Shown: one piece after another, positions 38,001 to 50,174 of the stretch
Layout: each line of letters opens with the position of its first letter
How positions within the stretch are numbered: the first letter of the stretch is position 1
Assembly: GCF_006345805.1 (NCBI RefSeq)
Contig: NC_042997.1
Coordinates: 196,602,001-196,666,000 of the forward strand
DNA length: 64,000 bases
From: Octopus sinensis
Lineage: Eukaryota
Direction of reading: 5' to 3'
Notes under the pieces: model-generated
What the model was told of the DNA's origin: nothing
What the model saw: the letters and a program-made list of their open reading frames with translations, nothing else
The model's database searches: none
Position numbers and translations under genes: made by a program

Positions 38001-38487
38001 ATAAACGTGTCGCATATTGATAGGGATTGTTTACAAAGCTACGATAGTTCTTTTCTCTCTCCTTTCTTCTGTTCTTCCTTCTTTGTTTTCTTAGTAGATC
38101 TCGATGCCTCTTTTTTATCTCTTCATATAGCTGCTTTAGACCTTCTCTTTCCTTCTCTTTTGCATCCCTCCATCTGGTTCTGAGATTTTTCTTCTCTTCT
38201 CGAATCTTTGCGATCCGCCTATCTCTCCTCTGTGGTCCGCTCTTTGCCGTTGATTCTACTTTCCTTGTCGTTTCCAGTCCAAATCTTTTCTCTCTTCCTG
38301 GTAGATTGTATTAGCCAGGTTTTCGAGCTTTTGTTCGTCGTCGCCTTTGAATTTGGTGGTCATTCTTGCTACCTCGTTGTCAAATATCTTATGACTCACT
38401 GCGCCATTTGCTTTAGGTCACTAAATATTAGTCCTTTTCACGCCTATCTATCTGACTGTTCCAATTCAACTGTTGAATGAACCTCGC
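35050..38487 (-). mobile_element. HERO-like (R2/NeSL group) RLE non-LTR retrotransposon, 5'-truncated, with stops and frameshifts
   Basis: KARAKSSAGNDGVSYKV, GIAAGCTISV, AFMDNLT, KSLGRWY, FLIKSTFDVLPSPANL, RYTWRHNQVL, LELTVPWEE, GARGF. Confidence 0.8.
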
Positions 38488-40185
38488 TATGGGTTTGGCA
38501 TCTGCTCTACTTCCCCCTTTATGTATTGGGCATATTATTCCCCACTTCAGCTTGCTTAGCAGTTTGCCATTTATAATAAAGCTCTGGAAGAGAATCTTGA
38601 GGGGTTTTGCCAGGGCATGCTTACACGCTTTGAGGAGGATTGCTGGGAAACCATCAGGACCTGCAGTTGAATTTGTGTCCACTTCATCTATGGCTAGTAG
38701 TATATCCTCTTCGCTAATGTCAATGTATTCCATTGTAACTGCCTCGCTGGTTATAGGTGAGGCGGCAAAGAAGTCCACTAGTTCGTTCACTTGTCTGTGT
38801 TCCAACGGGGTGGTAAAGGCTCTTTTGAACTGGTCATTCAGTATCTCACTGATCTTAGTTGGACTGTCCGTGAGGGAGCCACATCCTTTTGGAGAAGGAA
38901 TCCTATCTCGTAGTGTACTGAGGCTGTTTCTTTCGCATAATGAGAGAAGACCTTTGGGTTTGACTCAATTTTTTTTATAACCCAGGCTTCTTTGTCTGCT
39001 TTCTCCTTCACATAGGATTGTTGCAGCCTTTTTTCGATCTCCATCAGTGTTGTTTTTAGGCGGGACGTTTCGCTACTTTCGGAATGTTGGTTGAGTCGAT
39101 TTGCAATCTTCGCCCGTCGTCTCATGAGGATCTTCCTCTCCCTTGAAATCTTGTTCCTATTTGTTTTTGCCTTGTGCTCTGGGACATATTTCTGGCATAT
39201 GGCTTGCACAGAAGACATGGAACATTCTAGTTTCATGTCAGTGTCTGGTATGGAGAGACATTTCGGCCAGTCCTCTCTGAGGATCTCTTTTTGGATCGAT
39301 TTCCAATCTGCTTTGTGGAAGTTGAGATTGGAGAGTTTTTCGGGTGCTTCTTTTAGGCTGTATGTCTCTGGTTACTTTCTGCTCAAACATAGACAGCTCT
39401 ATTATGTTGTGATCTGAGACTAATGTAGGTGTCACTTTCATATCACGAATGATGTCCATATTGTTCGTGAAGCAGAGATCCAGAATGTTATTTGCCCTAG
39501 TGGGTCTGAGTACAGCTTGCTCCATGAATAGGGCATTGGTGAGGTTGAGCAGGGACTCCACCTGTGCTTGCTTGCAATGAGTCATTCCTGAGAGTATGAG
39601 ACCTTCGGGCCTTTTTATGTTGGGGAATTTGAAATCACCCATAAGAAATATGGTCACGTGATATTCCAGGTTCATGAGGATTTCTTTAATTCTTGTCAGA
39701 CAATATTTTGTGGTATGTACTAAAAAGACACTTGCTTAGCTACTGCCTTGCGCATAAACTCTGAAGAGCGCACTTCTTTCGTAAATTTTGTCCTTGGACG
39801 CTTTTGTTGTCTTTCCTTGAGGCCACTGTAGATTTGGCGGAGTGTAGAGTGGGAAAACCGGCAGTTTTTGCCATCTTCCTCATGCCAACATTTGCCTTGC
39901 AGGTAAAATCTGCAGGTTCTTGAGTGCCTTCCAAATTTCTTCTCTCCGGTAGGGTTTTGGATGGCATCGGATCCTTCATGGGGATTTCTGTTTTTTGTTT
40001 TGTGGGTTGGGGTTTCGGTTGTTTCATTTTTGCCTTTCCCTTTTCTTCCTTTTCTTCTTTATGCTCGTGTTCCGTCCTTCCTTTTCTTTTAAGGGGAACT
40101 TTTTTTCTCTGGTTCTCTAATGAGGTGAGGGTCCCATTCTTTTGTACGACCAGTGACACAGACAGGCTTCTAAATACAGCCAAGC
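38488..40185 (-). mobile_element. CR1/L2-group LINE 5' half: ORF1 with CCCH finger, end of APE and linker
   Basis: CRFYLQGKC-x8-C-x3-H near 39850-39915; MGDFKFP, NILDLCF, SDHN; AGPDGFPAILLK, ICPIHKGGSRADAK. Confidence 0.85.
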
Positions 40186-40186
40186 A

Positions 40187-41215
40187 AGCTGAAGGAGGGA
40201 ATAATATGCCCCATACATAAAGAAGGAAGTAGAGCAGATGCCAAAACCTATAGGCCTATCTCTCTGACTTCACACATCAGCAAAGTCATGGAACGGATAG
40301 TCAGAGAGAAACTAATCGCATTCCTTAAAAAAAATAATTTGCTAAGTGATACCCAACATGGTTTTTGACCAAGAAGGAGCTGCCTGGCCCAGCTCTTACA
40401 ACATTATGACTGGGTGTTGAGGCAGTTACTCAACAAATCAAATGTGGACGTAATCTACTTTGATTTTGCAAAAGCTTTTGACAAGGCCAAGGTAGATCAT
40501 GGTATGATATGCCACAAACTGCGTGACTTAGGCATAGCTGGAAAACTTGAAAAGTGGTTACATGACTTTCTGGAAGATAGGAGTCAGGCAGTAGTGGATA
40601 ATGGAGCCACTTCTATGAACACACAAATAGTGAGCGGTGTTCCACAGGGCACTGTCTTGGGACCACTGCTTTTTATAGTGGCCCTCTCAGATATCCCCTC
40701 AAATGCCCAGATAGCCAATCTGGCAAGCTATGCAGATGATACGAAAGTCTCGCAGAAAATACAGAACCCCAGCGATGTTGCACACCTGCAGCAGGAGTTG
40801 GACTCAATTTACAGTTGGGCTGAAGATAATAATATGCAGTTTAATGCTGAAAAATTCCAGGCCCTGCGCTACCAGCATCCAAAACTGAATATGAAACTTA
40901 CAGGGTACGCCGGTCCACAGAGAATTTCAATCCCAGAGCCTAAGTCAGTGAGGGAGCTGGGTATAGACATGAGTAATGATACCTCTTTCCAAGTGCACAT
41001 TTACAGGATTTCGATAAAGTGCAGACAACTGGCTGGCTGGATCCTAAGAACATTCAGAACCATAGATGAGGAAACCATGATTGTCTTCTGGCGGACATTC
41101 GTCCTCAGCCGCCTGGATTACAGCTCTCAGGTGTGGTCACCAGCGGACCTTGAAACAATCCAGAGAAGATTCACAAAGAAGACCGTCTCTTTGCAACAGC
41201 TCAGCTCCTGCAAAA
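40187..41215 (+). mobile_element. CR1/L2-group LINE RT fragment (ORF 40414-41244)
   Basis: DFAKAFDK, SGVPQGTVLGPLLF, YADD. Confidence 0.9.
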
Positions 41216-41964
41216 GGTTTGGGAAGGGGTTATCTGAAGTGTAGTCTCTTTTAAATTGAGCTTCACAATTGAGGAAGAAGTTAATACTGTTTTCCTATCG
41301 TTGCAGGGAATCTATTTCTTCCAACTCACAGCTATCTTTCCATAGTTTGAAAACACTTTCCAAAAGTTGTTCATCAGTATGTTTAGTGAGATCGATGTGC
41401 ATTTCCTCATCGATCTTTTTGTATTTTTGTTCATTATTCGATGCTCTGAGTTTGAGTAACTCTATACCCGTTTTTATTTTTTCTAATGCTAATTTCTCTC
41501 CAAGTTTCCTTTGCTGTTCGGGTTCTCCTGGGATTGGTTTAATCTGCAGTTTGCGTGGTAGGATTAAAGGTGTTGAGTTAATCCATTTTTCATAAATTTC
41601 TGCTTTATTGTTATTTTTTATCATGTTCCAAAATGAGAATCTCCTAGTGTTGAGATTTTTGGACCAAATGTGGCTAATCCAACTTTTAATCAAATGTGCA
41701 GACACAGGTATATTTTCATTGTAGTTTCGGTTTTATGGTGATGATTCTTTTTCAAAGTTATTTGTGAAAAATGAATGTAGTGTTGTGCATAGTTTGTTGA
41801 AATTTTGACTAACCTGTTCTGCAGACTGTCTTCTTTGTTCAAGTTCCGTTTCTTCTCGAGTAGGGTAATTTAGTCCATCTATTTTGTTAGCTAGAATAAC
41901 TAAATTTAAATAAATTTCTTTAAATTCTTTTAATATGTCCTCGCTGGTAATTTTATCCAAAGAG

Positions 41965-42001
<37 letters not shown>

Positions 42002-42220
42002 TTATGGGTATGAGTAAGTATTCCATTTATGTCTTACGTATTTATCGCTGAAGAGGGGAAAATTCTTATGAATTAACCCCTTTCAATACGGTAAAAACGG
42101 ATTTTTTAGAAATTTCTATCGGCTTGTTTCGAGACGCATAAATTATAATGATTATTGAAAATTTTGTCTTTTTTTCGGCATATTTGGCATTAGAAATTTT
42201 CTTTTGCCCTTATTTTATAA
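41216..42220 (-). mobile_element. Probable Penelope-like element 5' part with a charged helical N-terminal ORF, interrupted by (TA)n
   Basis: ORFs 41733-42026 and 41295-41705 (W..NLN.RRFSFW...YEKW....ILPRK); decayed CTGAAGAG...CGAGACGCATA hammerhead remnant at 42049-42140; family assignment is inference. Confidence 0.45.
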
Positions 42221-42221
42221 G

Positions 42222-42285
<64 letters not shown>

Positions 42286-42289
42286 TTTT

Positions 42290-43700
42290 ATATGCTTCAG
42301 TCCAATGCCTGTGGCCATCTTTGTCGGAGCGGCCTTTGTTGGGGCATAGAGTTCGATGCTACTGCCCTCTTTTGTGTTTGTTGCTTAGACATTGGTTCAT
42401 CCGGGATCTCGGTGAGCCAGAGGTCAAGTTCACGTTTGAAAACGTCTACATCCACTCCATGGAGGCTCCTCAGATGCTTCGGCAGACAATTAAACAGCTG
42501 TGGACCCTTGAAACCCAAGCTATTGCAGTACATCGTCCTTGCCCAAGATGAAGCAGTCGGCTCCATGGGGACAGCACAGTGACGTCCTGTTCGTGGTCTG
42601 GTATAGCTCTTTATTCCAAAGTTTGGTACCAGTTCTTCAAGTATCTTCCATATATGTATCACTGCATGCCTCTCCCGCCTTCGTACCAGGGAATAGATTT
42701 GTGGTTCTTTCAATCTGTCCCAGTAGCTCAGTCGTTCCATTGATGCAATTTCCTTTGTGTAATGTCGTTGGACTGCTTCAAGCTCTGCTATCGCTCCATG
42801 ACTTTACTGACGTTAGAGGTCAGGGAGTCAGGGAGACAGGTCTATAATTCCTAGCCTAGTTAGGGCATATTATTCCTTCTTTTAGCTTTTTGGGGAGCTT
42901 CCCCATCCTGAGGGACTCCTGGAAAAGGATTTGAAGCGGTCTAGCTAGAGCTCTTTTACATTTGTTTAGGAGGACTGCTGGGAATCTATCAAGGCCCGTT
43001 GCCGAGTTCGAGCTCAGCTCTTCAATGGCTGATATCACATCAGTTTCCTCTATGTTGATGTTATCAATAGTTGCCATTTCACAATGCGTGTCTTCGGAGT
43101 CAAAGAACCCCTCCGGCACATTCACTCGTAGCTTCCCCAGCGGTATGCTGAAAGCACTCTTGTATTGTGCATTCAGTAATTCACTGATTCTCTGGGGGTC
43201 CGCAGTTGGTGAGCCGTTTTCATCTAGTAGCGGTCCTATTTAATAACGCACGGAAGCAGATTCTTTTGCCTATCTCTATAAAAAGCCTAAGGGTCCACTT
43301 TAATGATTTTGGTAGCCCTGGTTTCCTTTTCTGCCCTTTCCTTTTCATTGGAAAATTTGAGTGCGTTTTCCATCTCAGGTAAGGTGCATTCTAGGTGGAT
43401 TCGTCTGAAATCTTTTAGATGTCCATTTAGATGATTTGAGATTTTTGCTCTTCGTCTCATTAGTACCCTCCCATCCCTGGCTATTATATTTTTCTTCGCC
43501 CATTGATTTGGTGTTCTCTTTGGGGTAAACTTATTACAGATATTATACACGGTTGCCATGAAGTTCTACAGTTTCATGTCGATGTTTTCCCCTGGGGGGA
43601 TGGTGGACCAGTTACATTTGAAGACCTCTTTCTCAATGCCCATCCAGTCAGCTTTATGGAAATTCAGGCTACAGATGAGATGAGCGTTTCTAGCATTTCG
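42290..43700 (-). mobile_element. CR1/L2-group LINE with the RT core deleted, TA tracts at both ends
   Basis: Linker (KLKEGIICP) joined at ~42850 to the 3' part (YWDRLK..GPQLFN..IPDEP..SNS); 43370-43700 parallels 30634-30960. Confidence 0.85.
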
Positions 43701-43707
43701 TATATAT

Positions 43708-43738
<31 letters not shown>

Positions 43739-43754
43739 TTATATACATATAAAA

Positions 43755-43926
43755 ACTTAGATATGCTTCGACCAAAGATTGGTCCAGGCCACGTCTAAAT
43801 TAATAGCACCACCTGATATGATTATCTAAATCCTGTTTAAGTCAAGTTTTGCTTATGGTCCATTCAAGTTGTGAGTTTTTGTTGGGTGAGTTGTATCCAA
43901 TTATGGGTGGCTTATCTGGTATTCCT
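43755..43926 (-). mobile_element. Short 3' end of CR1-group family E inside (TA)n
   Basis: [23 protein letters not shown]; UTR matches 6620-6682. Confidence 0.75.
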
Positions 43927-44066
43927 TGAATACATATATTTATATACATATATATACATATATTAATATACATATATATATACACATATTTATATACATA
44001 TATATACACATATTTATATACATATATATACACATATATTTATATACATATATATACACATATATT

Positions 44067-44108
<42 letters not shown>

Positions 44109-44169
44109 TTTATATACATATATATACATACATATATTTATATATAATTATATATTTATATACAGATAT

Positions 44170-44587
44170 ATATTCTGTTGTGTCTGGGGAGAGTCATTTT
44201 CTTTTTGTGCCTTATAATTTAACACTCTCACCAGTAAAATTTCCACATATTTTTATTTTCCTAAAATTTTTATTGCGTCTTGCAACCTTTTCAATAGTCT
44301 TGACTGAATCTCACCGAGATTTACGTTAAGGGCACACGTGTTTGTGCAGTACTCAGCCACCTACACGTGAATTTCACAAGCAAGCTGTTCCGTTGATCGT
44401 ATCAGCTGGGACCCTCTCTGAAAAGGTTGCAAGAAGGCAACGAAGATTTAAGGAAAATTTAAATAAAATACTTGGAAATTTTACCGGGGAGTGTGTTACA
44501 TTATAAGGCACAAACAGAAAATGACTCTCCCCAGACACAACAGAATATGCTTCAACACACGAACTCATATAAAGAATCTTGCAAACC
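44170..44587. mobile_element. Fold-back Penelope-like terminal element, ~125-bp arms, SINE tail in the loop
   Basis: Arms 44170-44293 and 44419-44548; inner ends carry (U/C)UGAAAA-G-GUUGC-loop-GCAA(C/U) hammerhead-like remnants; tail ttcaacacacgaactcatataaagaatcttgcaaac. Confidence 0.8.
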
Positions 44588-44602
44588 TCATCCAAAAACG
44601 AA

Positions 44603-44635
<33 letters not shown>

Positions 44636-44764
44636 TACATGTATATACATATGTATATACACATATATAAATATATATGTATATACATATATACATATAT
44701 ACATGTATATACATATGTATACTTATATATTATATAGATACATATTTATATATATATATATATA

Positions 44765-44872
44765 GGAGCACTCCGTCGGATTCGACGACGAGGGTCCCAG
44801 CTGATACGATCAACGAAACAGCTTGCTCGTGAAATTAACGTGTATGTGGCTGAGTACTCCGCAGACACGTGT
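44765..44872 (-). mobile_element. SINE C/D tail fragment
   Basis: Reverse complement of cacgtgtctg...gacggagtgctcc. Confidence 0.8.
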
Positions 44873-45895
44873 GCCAGTAGTGGCTAATGCCGCCACCTCT
44901 ATGAACACACAAATAGTGAGCGGAGATCCACAGGGCACTGTCTTGGGACCACTGCTTTTTATAGTGGCCCTCTCTCCTGCAGCAGGAGTTGGACTCAATC
45001 TAGTGATGGGTTGGGCTGAGGATAATAATATGCAGTTTAATCATGAAAAATATCCAAGCCCTGCGCTACTAGCATCCAAAACTGAATATGAAACTTAGAG
45101 CGTGCACCGGTCCATAGGGAATTTCAAACCCAGAGCCTAAATCAGCGAGGGACCTGGGTATCGACATGAGTGATGATACCTGTTTCCAAGTGCACATTAC
45201 AAGGATGGCGACAAAGTGCAGACAACTGGCTGAATAAATCCTAAGAACTTTTAGAACCAGAGGTAAAGAAACCATGATGGTCCTCTGGCGGACGTTCGTC
45301 CTCAGCCTCCTGCATTACCGCTCATAGCTATGGTCACCCTCCAGTCCGAAATTAACAGCGGACCTTGAAGCAATAATCCAGAGAAGATTTACAAAGAAGA
45401 TCGTCTCTTTGCAACAGCTCAGCTACTGGGAAATGTTGAAAGAGTTAAGACTCTACTCCTTGGAGAGAAGAGGGGAGAGGTATGCAGTAATATATATCTG
45501 ACAGATCCTGGAAGGAATTGTGCCAAATTTTGGCATTGAAAGCTACACCAATGCGAGAACGGGTCGACACTGCATAGTACCAAAGATCCCAGCAATGCCA
45601 TCACGCTTCAGGACCAGCTACTGCAACGGCCTGGGTTTCAAGGGTCCACAGCTTTTTTAATATTCTGCCAAAGAGTCTGAGGAATCTGCACAAAGTAGAT
45701 GTAGGGGTTTTTAAAGCTGGATCTCTTCCTGTCGAGAGTCCCATATGAACCTACCTAACAGCAAGAGGTGCAAATGAGGGTAGCTATATCAAACTCCATT
45801 CTTCACCAAGTGCCACATATTAGAGGAGGCTCTCAGTAATAACAGTGTAGCAGAACGCCGGTGCATCAGTATCGCCGCAGCTCTGAGCTGAAACT

Positions 45896-45939
<44 letters not shown>

Positions 45940-46763
45940 ATATGCACATCTGCAGCAGGAGTTGGACTCAATTTACAGATGGTCTGAGGATAATGATATG
46001 CAGTTTAATGCTGCAATATTCCAAGCCCTGCGCTACCAGCGTCCAAAACAGAGTACCCTGGTCCACAGGAAATCTCAATCCCAGAGCCTAAATCAGTGAG
46101 TTACCTGGGTATCGACACGAGTGATGATACCTCTTTCCAAGTGCACATCATCAGGATGGCGACAAAGTGCAGACGACTGGCTGGCTGGATCCTGAGAACA
46201 TTCAGAACCAGATGGTCCTCTGGAGGACATTCGTCCTCTGCCACGTGGATTATTGCTTCGAGGTGTGGTCACCCATGAGTGTAAAATTAACAGCGGACCT
46301 TGAAGTAATCTGGGGAAGATTCACAAAGAAGATCGTTCCTTTGCAATTACTCAGTTACTGGGAAAGGCTGAAATAACTAAGACTCTACTCCCTGGAGAGA
46401 AGAGGGGAGAGGTATACAGTAATATATGTCTGGAAGATCCTGGAAAGCTACACCAATGCCAGGTCGGGACGACACTGCATATTGCCAAAGATCCCAGCAA
46501 CACAATCGCGCTTCAGGACCAGGTTTCAAGAGCCCACAGCTTTTTAACATTCTCCCAAAGAGCCTGAGAAACCTGCACAAAGTAGATGTAGGCGTTTTTA
46601 AATCAAAGCTGGACCTACATCACATCAAGAGGTGCAAATGAGGGTAGCTATATCAAATTCCATTCTTCACCAAGTGTCACATATTGGAGGAGGCTCTTAG
46701 TGATAACAGTGTAGCAAAACAACGGCACATGAGCATGGCCGTAGCTCTGAGCTGAAACTACAG

Positions 46764-46813
<50 letters not shown>

Positions 46814-48045
46814 TCTCGACTATGCAAAAGCGTTTCATAAAGTCGACCATGGTATGATCTGTTACAAACTGCGTGATCTCGACATAGGCCGAAAAGTTGG
46901 AGCGTGACAACTTCCTAAAAGATAGAAGACAGGTTGTGGTGGCCAATGGAGCCACCTCCAAGGAAACACATATAACAAGTGATGTTCCATAGGGCACTGT
47001 CTTGTGGCCACTGCTGTTCATAGTGGCCCTTTCAGACATGCCCTCAGTTGGTAAGATAGCCACCCTTGCTAGCTATGCAGATATTACAAAAGTCTCAGAC
47101 AATACAAAACCCTGGAAATATTGCCCATCTGCAACGGGAGTTGGATACTATATACAGGTGGGATGAGGACAACAACATGCAGTTTAATGCGGAGAAGTTC
47201 CAAGCCCTGCGCTACCGGCACAAAAAGCTGAACAACATGCAGACCGGATACACTGGCCCGGAAAGAATTGTAATTCGTGAGTCAAAATCAGTGTGTGACC
47301 TGACCACTGACATGAGCAATGATTCATCTTTCCAAGTGTATATTGACAATTTGGTAATGAAATGCAGACGGCTAGCTGGATGGATCCACCGAACTTTCAG
47401 AACTAGAGAGAAGTAGACACTGATGGTCCTTTGGAAAACATTCGTCCTCAGCCGCTTGGACTACTGCTCCCAACTATGGTCACCACACAATATAAAGTTA
47501 ACAGCAGAATTCGAAGCGATCCAAAGAAGGTACACTAAAAAGATCGTCTCAATGCAACATATCAGCTACTGGAAAAGACTGAAAGTGTTAAAACTCTTCT
47601 CCCTGGAGCGAAGGTGAGGGAGATATGCAGTGATATACATCTGGAAAATCTCAGAGGGCCTTGTCCCGAATTTTGGCATTGAAAGTTACCCCAACAGCAG
47701 AACAGGGCGCCACTGCATGGTGCCAAAGATCCCAAAATCACTATCAAAATACAGGACCAGATACTGCAACAGCTTGGGTTTCAGGGGACCACAGCTCTTC
47801 AATATCCTTCCTAATTGCCTGAGAGACCTGCATGGTGTGGATGTGGGTTTCTTTAAAACTAAACTGGATCTCTTCTTGTCAGGTGTTCTAGATGAACCTA
47901 CCTCTCGGCAGGAAACACAAATGCGGGCAGTGGCGTCGAACTCTCTTGTTGACTAAGTGCCACGTATCAGAAGTGGTTTCACATACTAGTGTAGCACATT
48001 GAACGGTAGTGCCCCAGCATGGCCGCAGCTTTCGGGCTAAAACAT
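44873..48045 (+). mobile_element. Three head-to-tail 5'-truncated CR1/L2-group LINE copies (44873-45897, 45945-46762, 46808-48045) separated only by (TA)n
   Basis: Each has RT/C-terminal motifs and ends in a variant of catggcc.cagct...gctgaaac. Confidence 0.9.
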
Positions 48046-48149
48046 TTAAAATGATTTAAGGATTTATATATATTAATATATGTAAATATGTACATGTATA
48101 AATATATAATGTATATAACAGTTTTAACGTTTTGAATTAAATTTTTAAA

Positions 48150-48715
48150 ACAGCTTCCGATCGTTTCACAGAAGTGCTCTCGCTATAAAGGAATCCTGTA
48201 TTGTTAAGCATTTATAGACAACTCTTCTGCTCTTCAGAGATATAAAATTTGAATTTTGTATAATATATCGAATGGTAGTTCATTAAAAATTTGAAGAAAT
48301 ACTATAAAATTGTGTTTGCTTGATATATAAATTGAAAATTAAAAATCACTGCTTTTGATTTTGGTAAGGACACTTTAGTATGAGAGTCATTATATCCATA
48401 TATACTTCCTTGGTTGTTGGTCTTCTGTAATAATCCATAATGGTTGTGTAAAATCTATTATACTGTCTTGTATTCCAAATATAGTTCATAGACTTAGATA
48501 ATATAGAATAATGGAATCCTATATTGATAAGCATTTATAGATGATTCTCCTTCTCTTCAGTAATATCAAATGTAAAATTTGTATAATTTAACGAATGGTA
48601 GTTTTTGTTTTTTTACTTATGAAGTAATATAGGAAAATGGTGTTTGTTTGAAATATAAATTGAGAATTACTGCTTTTGATTTTGGTAAGTATACTTCAGT
48701 ATGAGAATCTTGAAA
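48150..48715 (-). repeat. Diverged direct repeat (~48190-48390 and ~48513-48710) with a decayed hammerhead; probable Penelope-like terminal repeats
   Basis: Minus strand CUGAAGA-GCAGAAG-(loop)-CUUCUGU-GAAAC-GAUC-GGA at 48156-48237. Confidence 0.55.
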
Positions 48716-48734
48716 TTCATATATTCTTTTACTA

Positions 48735-48944
48735 TTTTACTTGTTTCAGTCATTCGGCTGTGGCCATGCTGGAGCATCGCCTTTAGTCGAGCAAATCGAC
48801 ACCAGGTCTTATTCTTGGTAAGTCTAGTACTTATTCTATCGGTATCTTTTGCCGAACCGCTAAGTTACGGGGACGTAAACACACCAGTATCGGTTGTCAA
48901 GCGATGTTGGTGGGACAAACACAGACACAAATATATACACACAT

Positions 48945-48988
<44 letters not shown>

Positions 48989-49150
48989 GACGGGCTTCTT
49001 TCAGTTTCCCTCTATCAAATCCACTCACAAGGCTTTGGTCGCCCCGAGGCTAGAGTAGAAGACACTTGCCCAAGATGCCACGCAGTGGGACTGAACCCGG
49101 AACCATGTTGTTGGTAAGAAAGCTAATTACCACACGGCCACTCCTACGCC
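48735..49150 (-). mobile_element. SINE family B
   Basis: Full-length reverse complement. Confidence 0.9.
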
Positions 49151-49946
49151 TATGCCTCCTTTTTTTTTTAAAGAAACGCAATATACTACACTAAAATTTT
49201 AATATTATACATTAGAATCAGTGACGCAAGGTAGAATTATCGTCGAAGACACCGCGTGGTGATATATTGTACTTCGATTGCCTCCAAGTATAGAAAGAAA
49301 ATTTCTTCATACAAAAAGAAGGATTGGAATTTTATCTCTTGCGAATTAGTATCCTTCTCATTTGTTTATTTTCTTTTATCTTTGGTAAAACCGGATGAAA
49401 TTTTGAGTTAATTTCCAGTGTGTGTTTTGTTTACTTTCTGAAAAAAATTTACGGTGACATAATCTCTACTTTTCTTATGTCTATGTCTATATGTTCTCGT
49501 CTGTTTTCAATTACTTAAATTCTTCCTCAGGGGAAGTAACTGGTCTCTAACAAATCTACAAAGATCCATCAAACTTGAGAAAAGCCTTGTATATTTTTAC
49601 TGTTCCGCTTACAGATTGTATTTGTAATGTGTGAGTTGGTTGATTTCTTTTTCTGAAAACTCTTGCTTATCCGGATTGTCGCTTTGGTATTTACTAACAA
49701 AACCAAGTGCATCAATAATTATTGACATAAATTTGAATTTATAACCTGGATATCGAAGCTGGAGGTTTCGAAGTAGTTGTCATAGTTATCCTATTACTCT
49801 TTGATTTTGAAAGAGATATTTACACCAATAGGACAGCTAGCCTCAATGACAGTACAAGCCTTTTTTTGTCTGTCCCAAATACCAATATCCGACTTGTTAT
49901 GCTTACACTTGACAGTATATGTTAATGTATGTATGTATAATGCATG

Positions 49947-50146
49947 TACAAGGGGTTGCTAAAAAGTTCCTGGCTTTGAGTAAAAGAAAATACATTTTAT
50001 TGAACATATTCCCATCTCAGATTCACACAGTTATTGCAGCGGGCCTTCAGTCTTTCTAAACCCTATAAAAGAACTTGGAAGGTTGAGTCACCAACCAGGC
50101 CTTTCGCGATACTCTTAAAACAAGGAACTTTCAGTACCTCCTCGTA
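49947..50146. mobile_element. Mariner-type MITE
   Basis: TA-caaggggttgctaaaaagttcctggcttt ... aaaacaaggaactttcagtacctcctcg-TA: imperfect ~28-bp TIRs with TA TSD. Confidence 0.75.
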
Positions 50147-50174
50147 TGTGTATGTTTATATATGTGCTTATATA

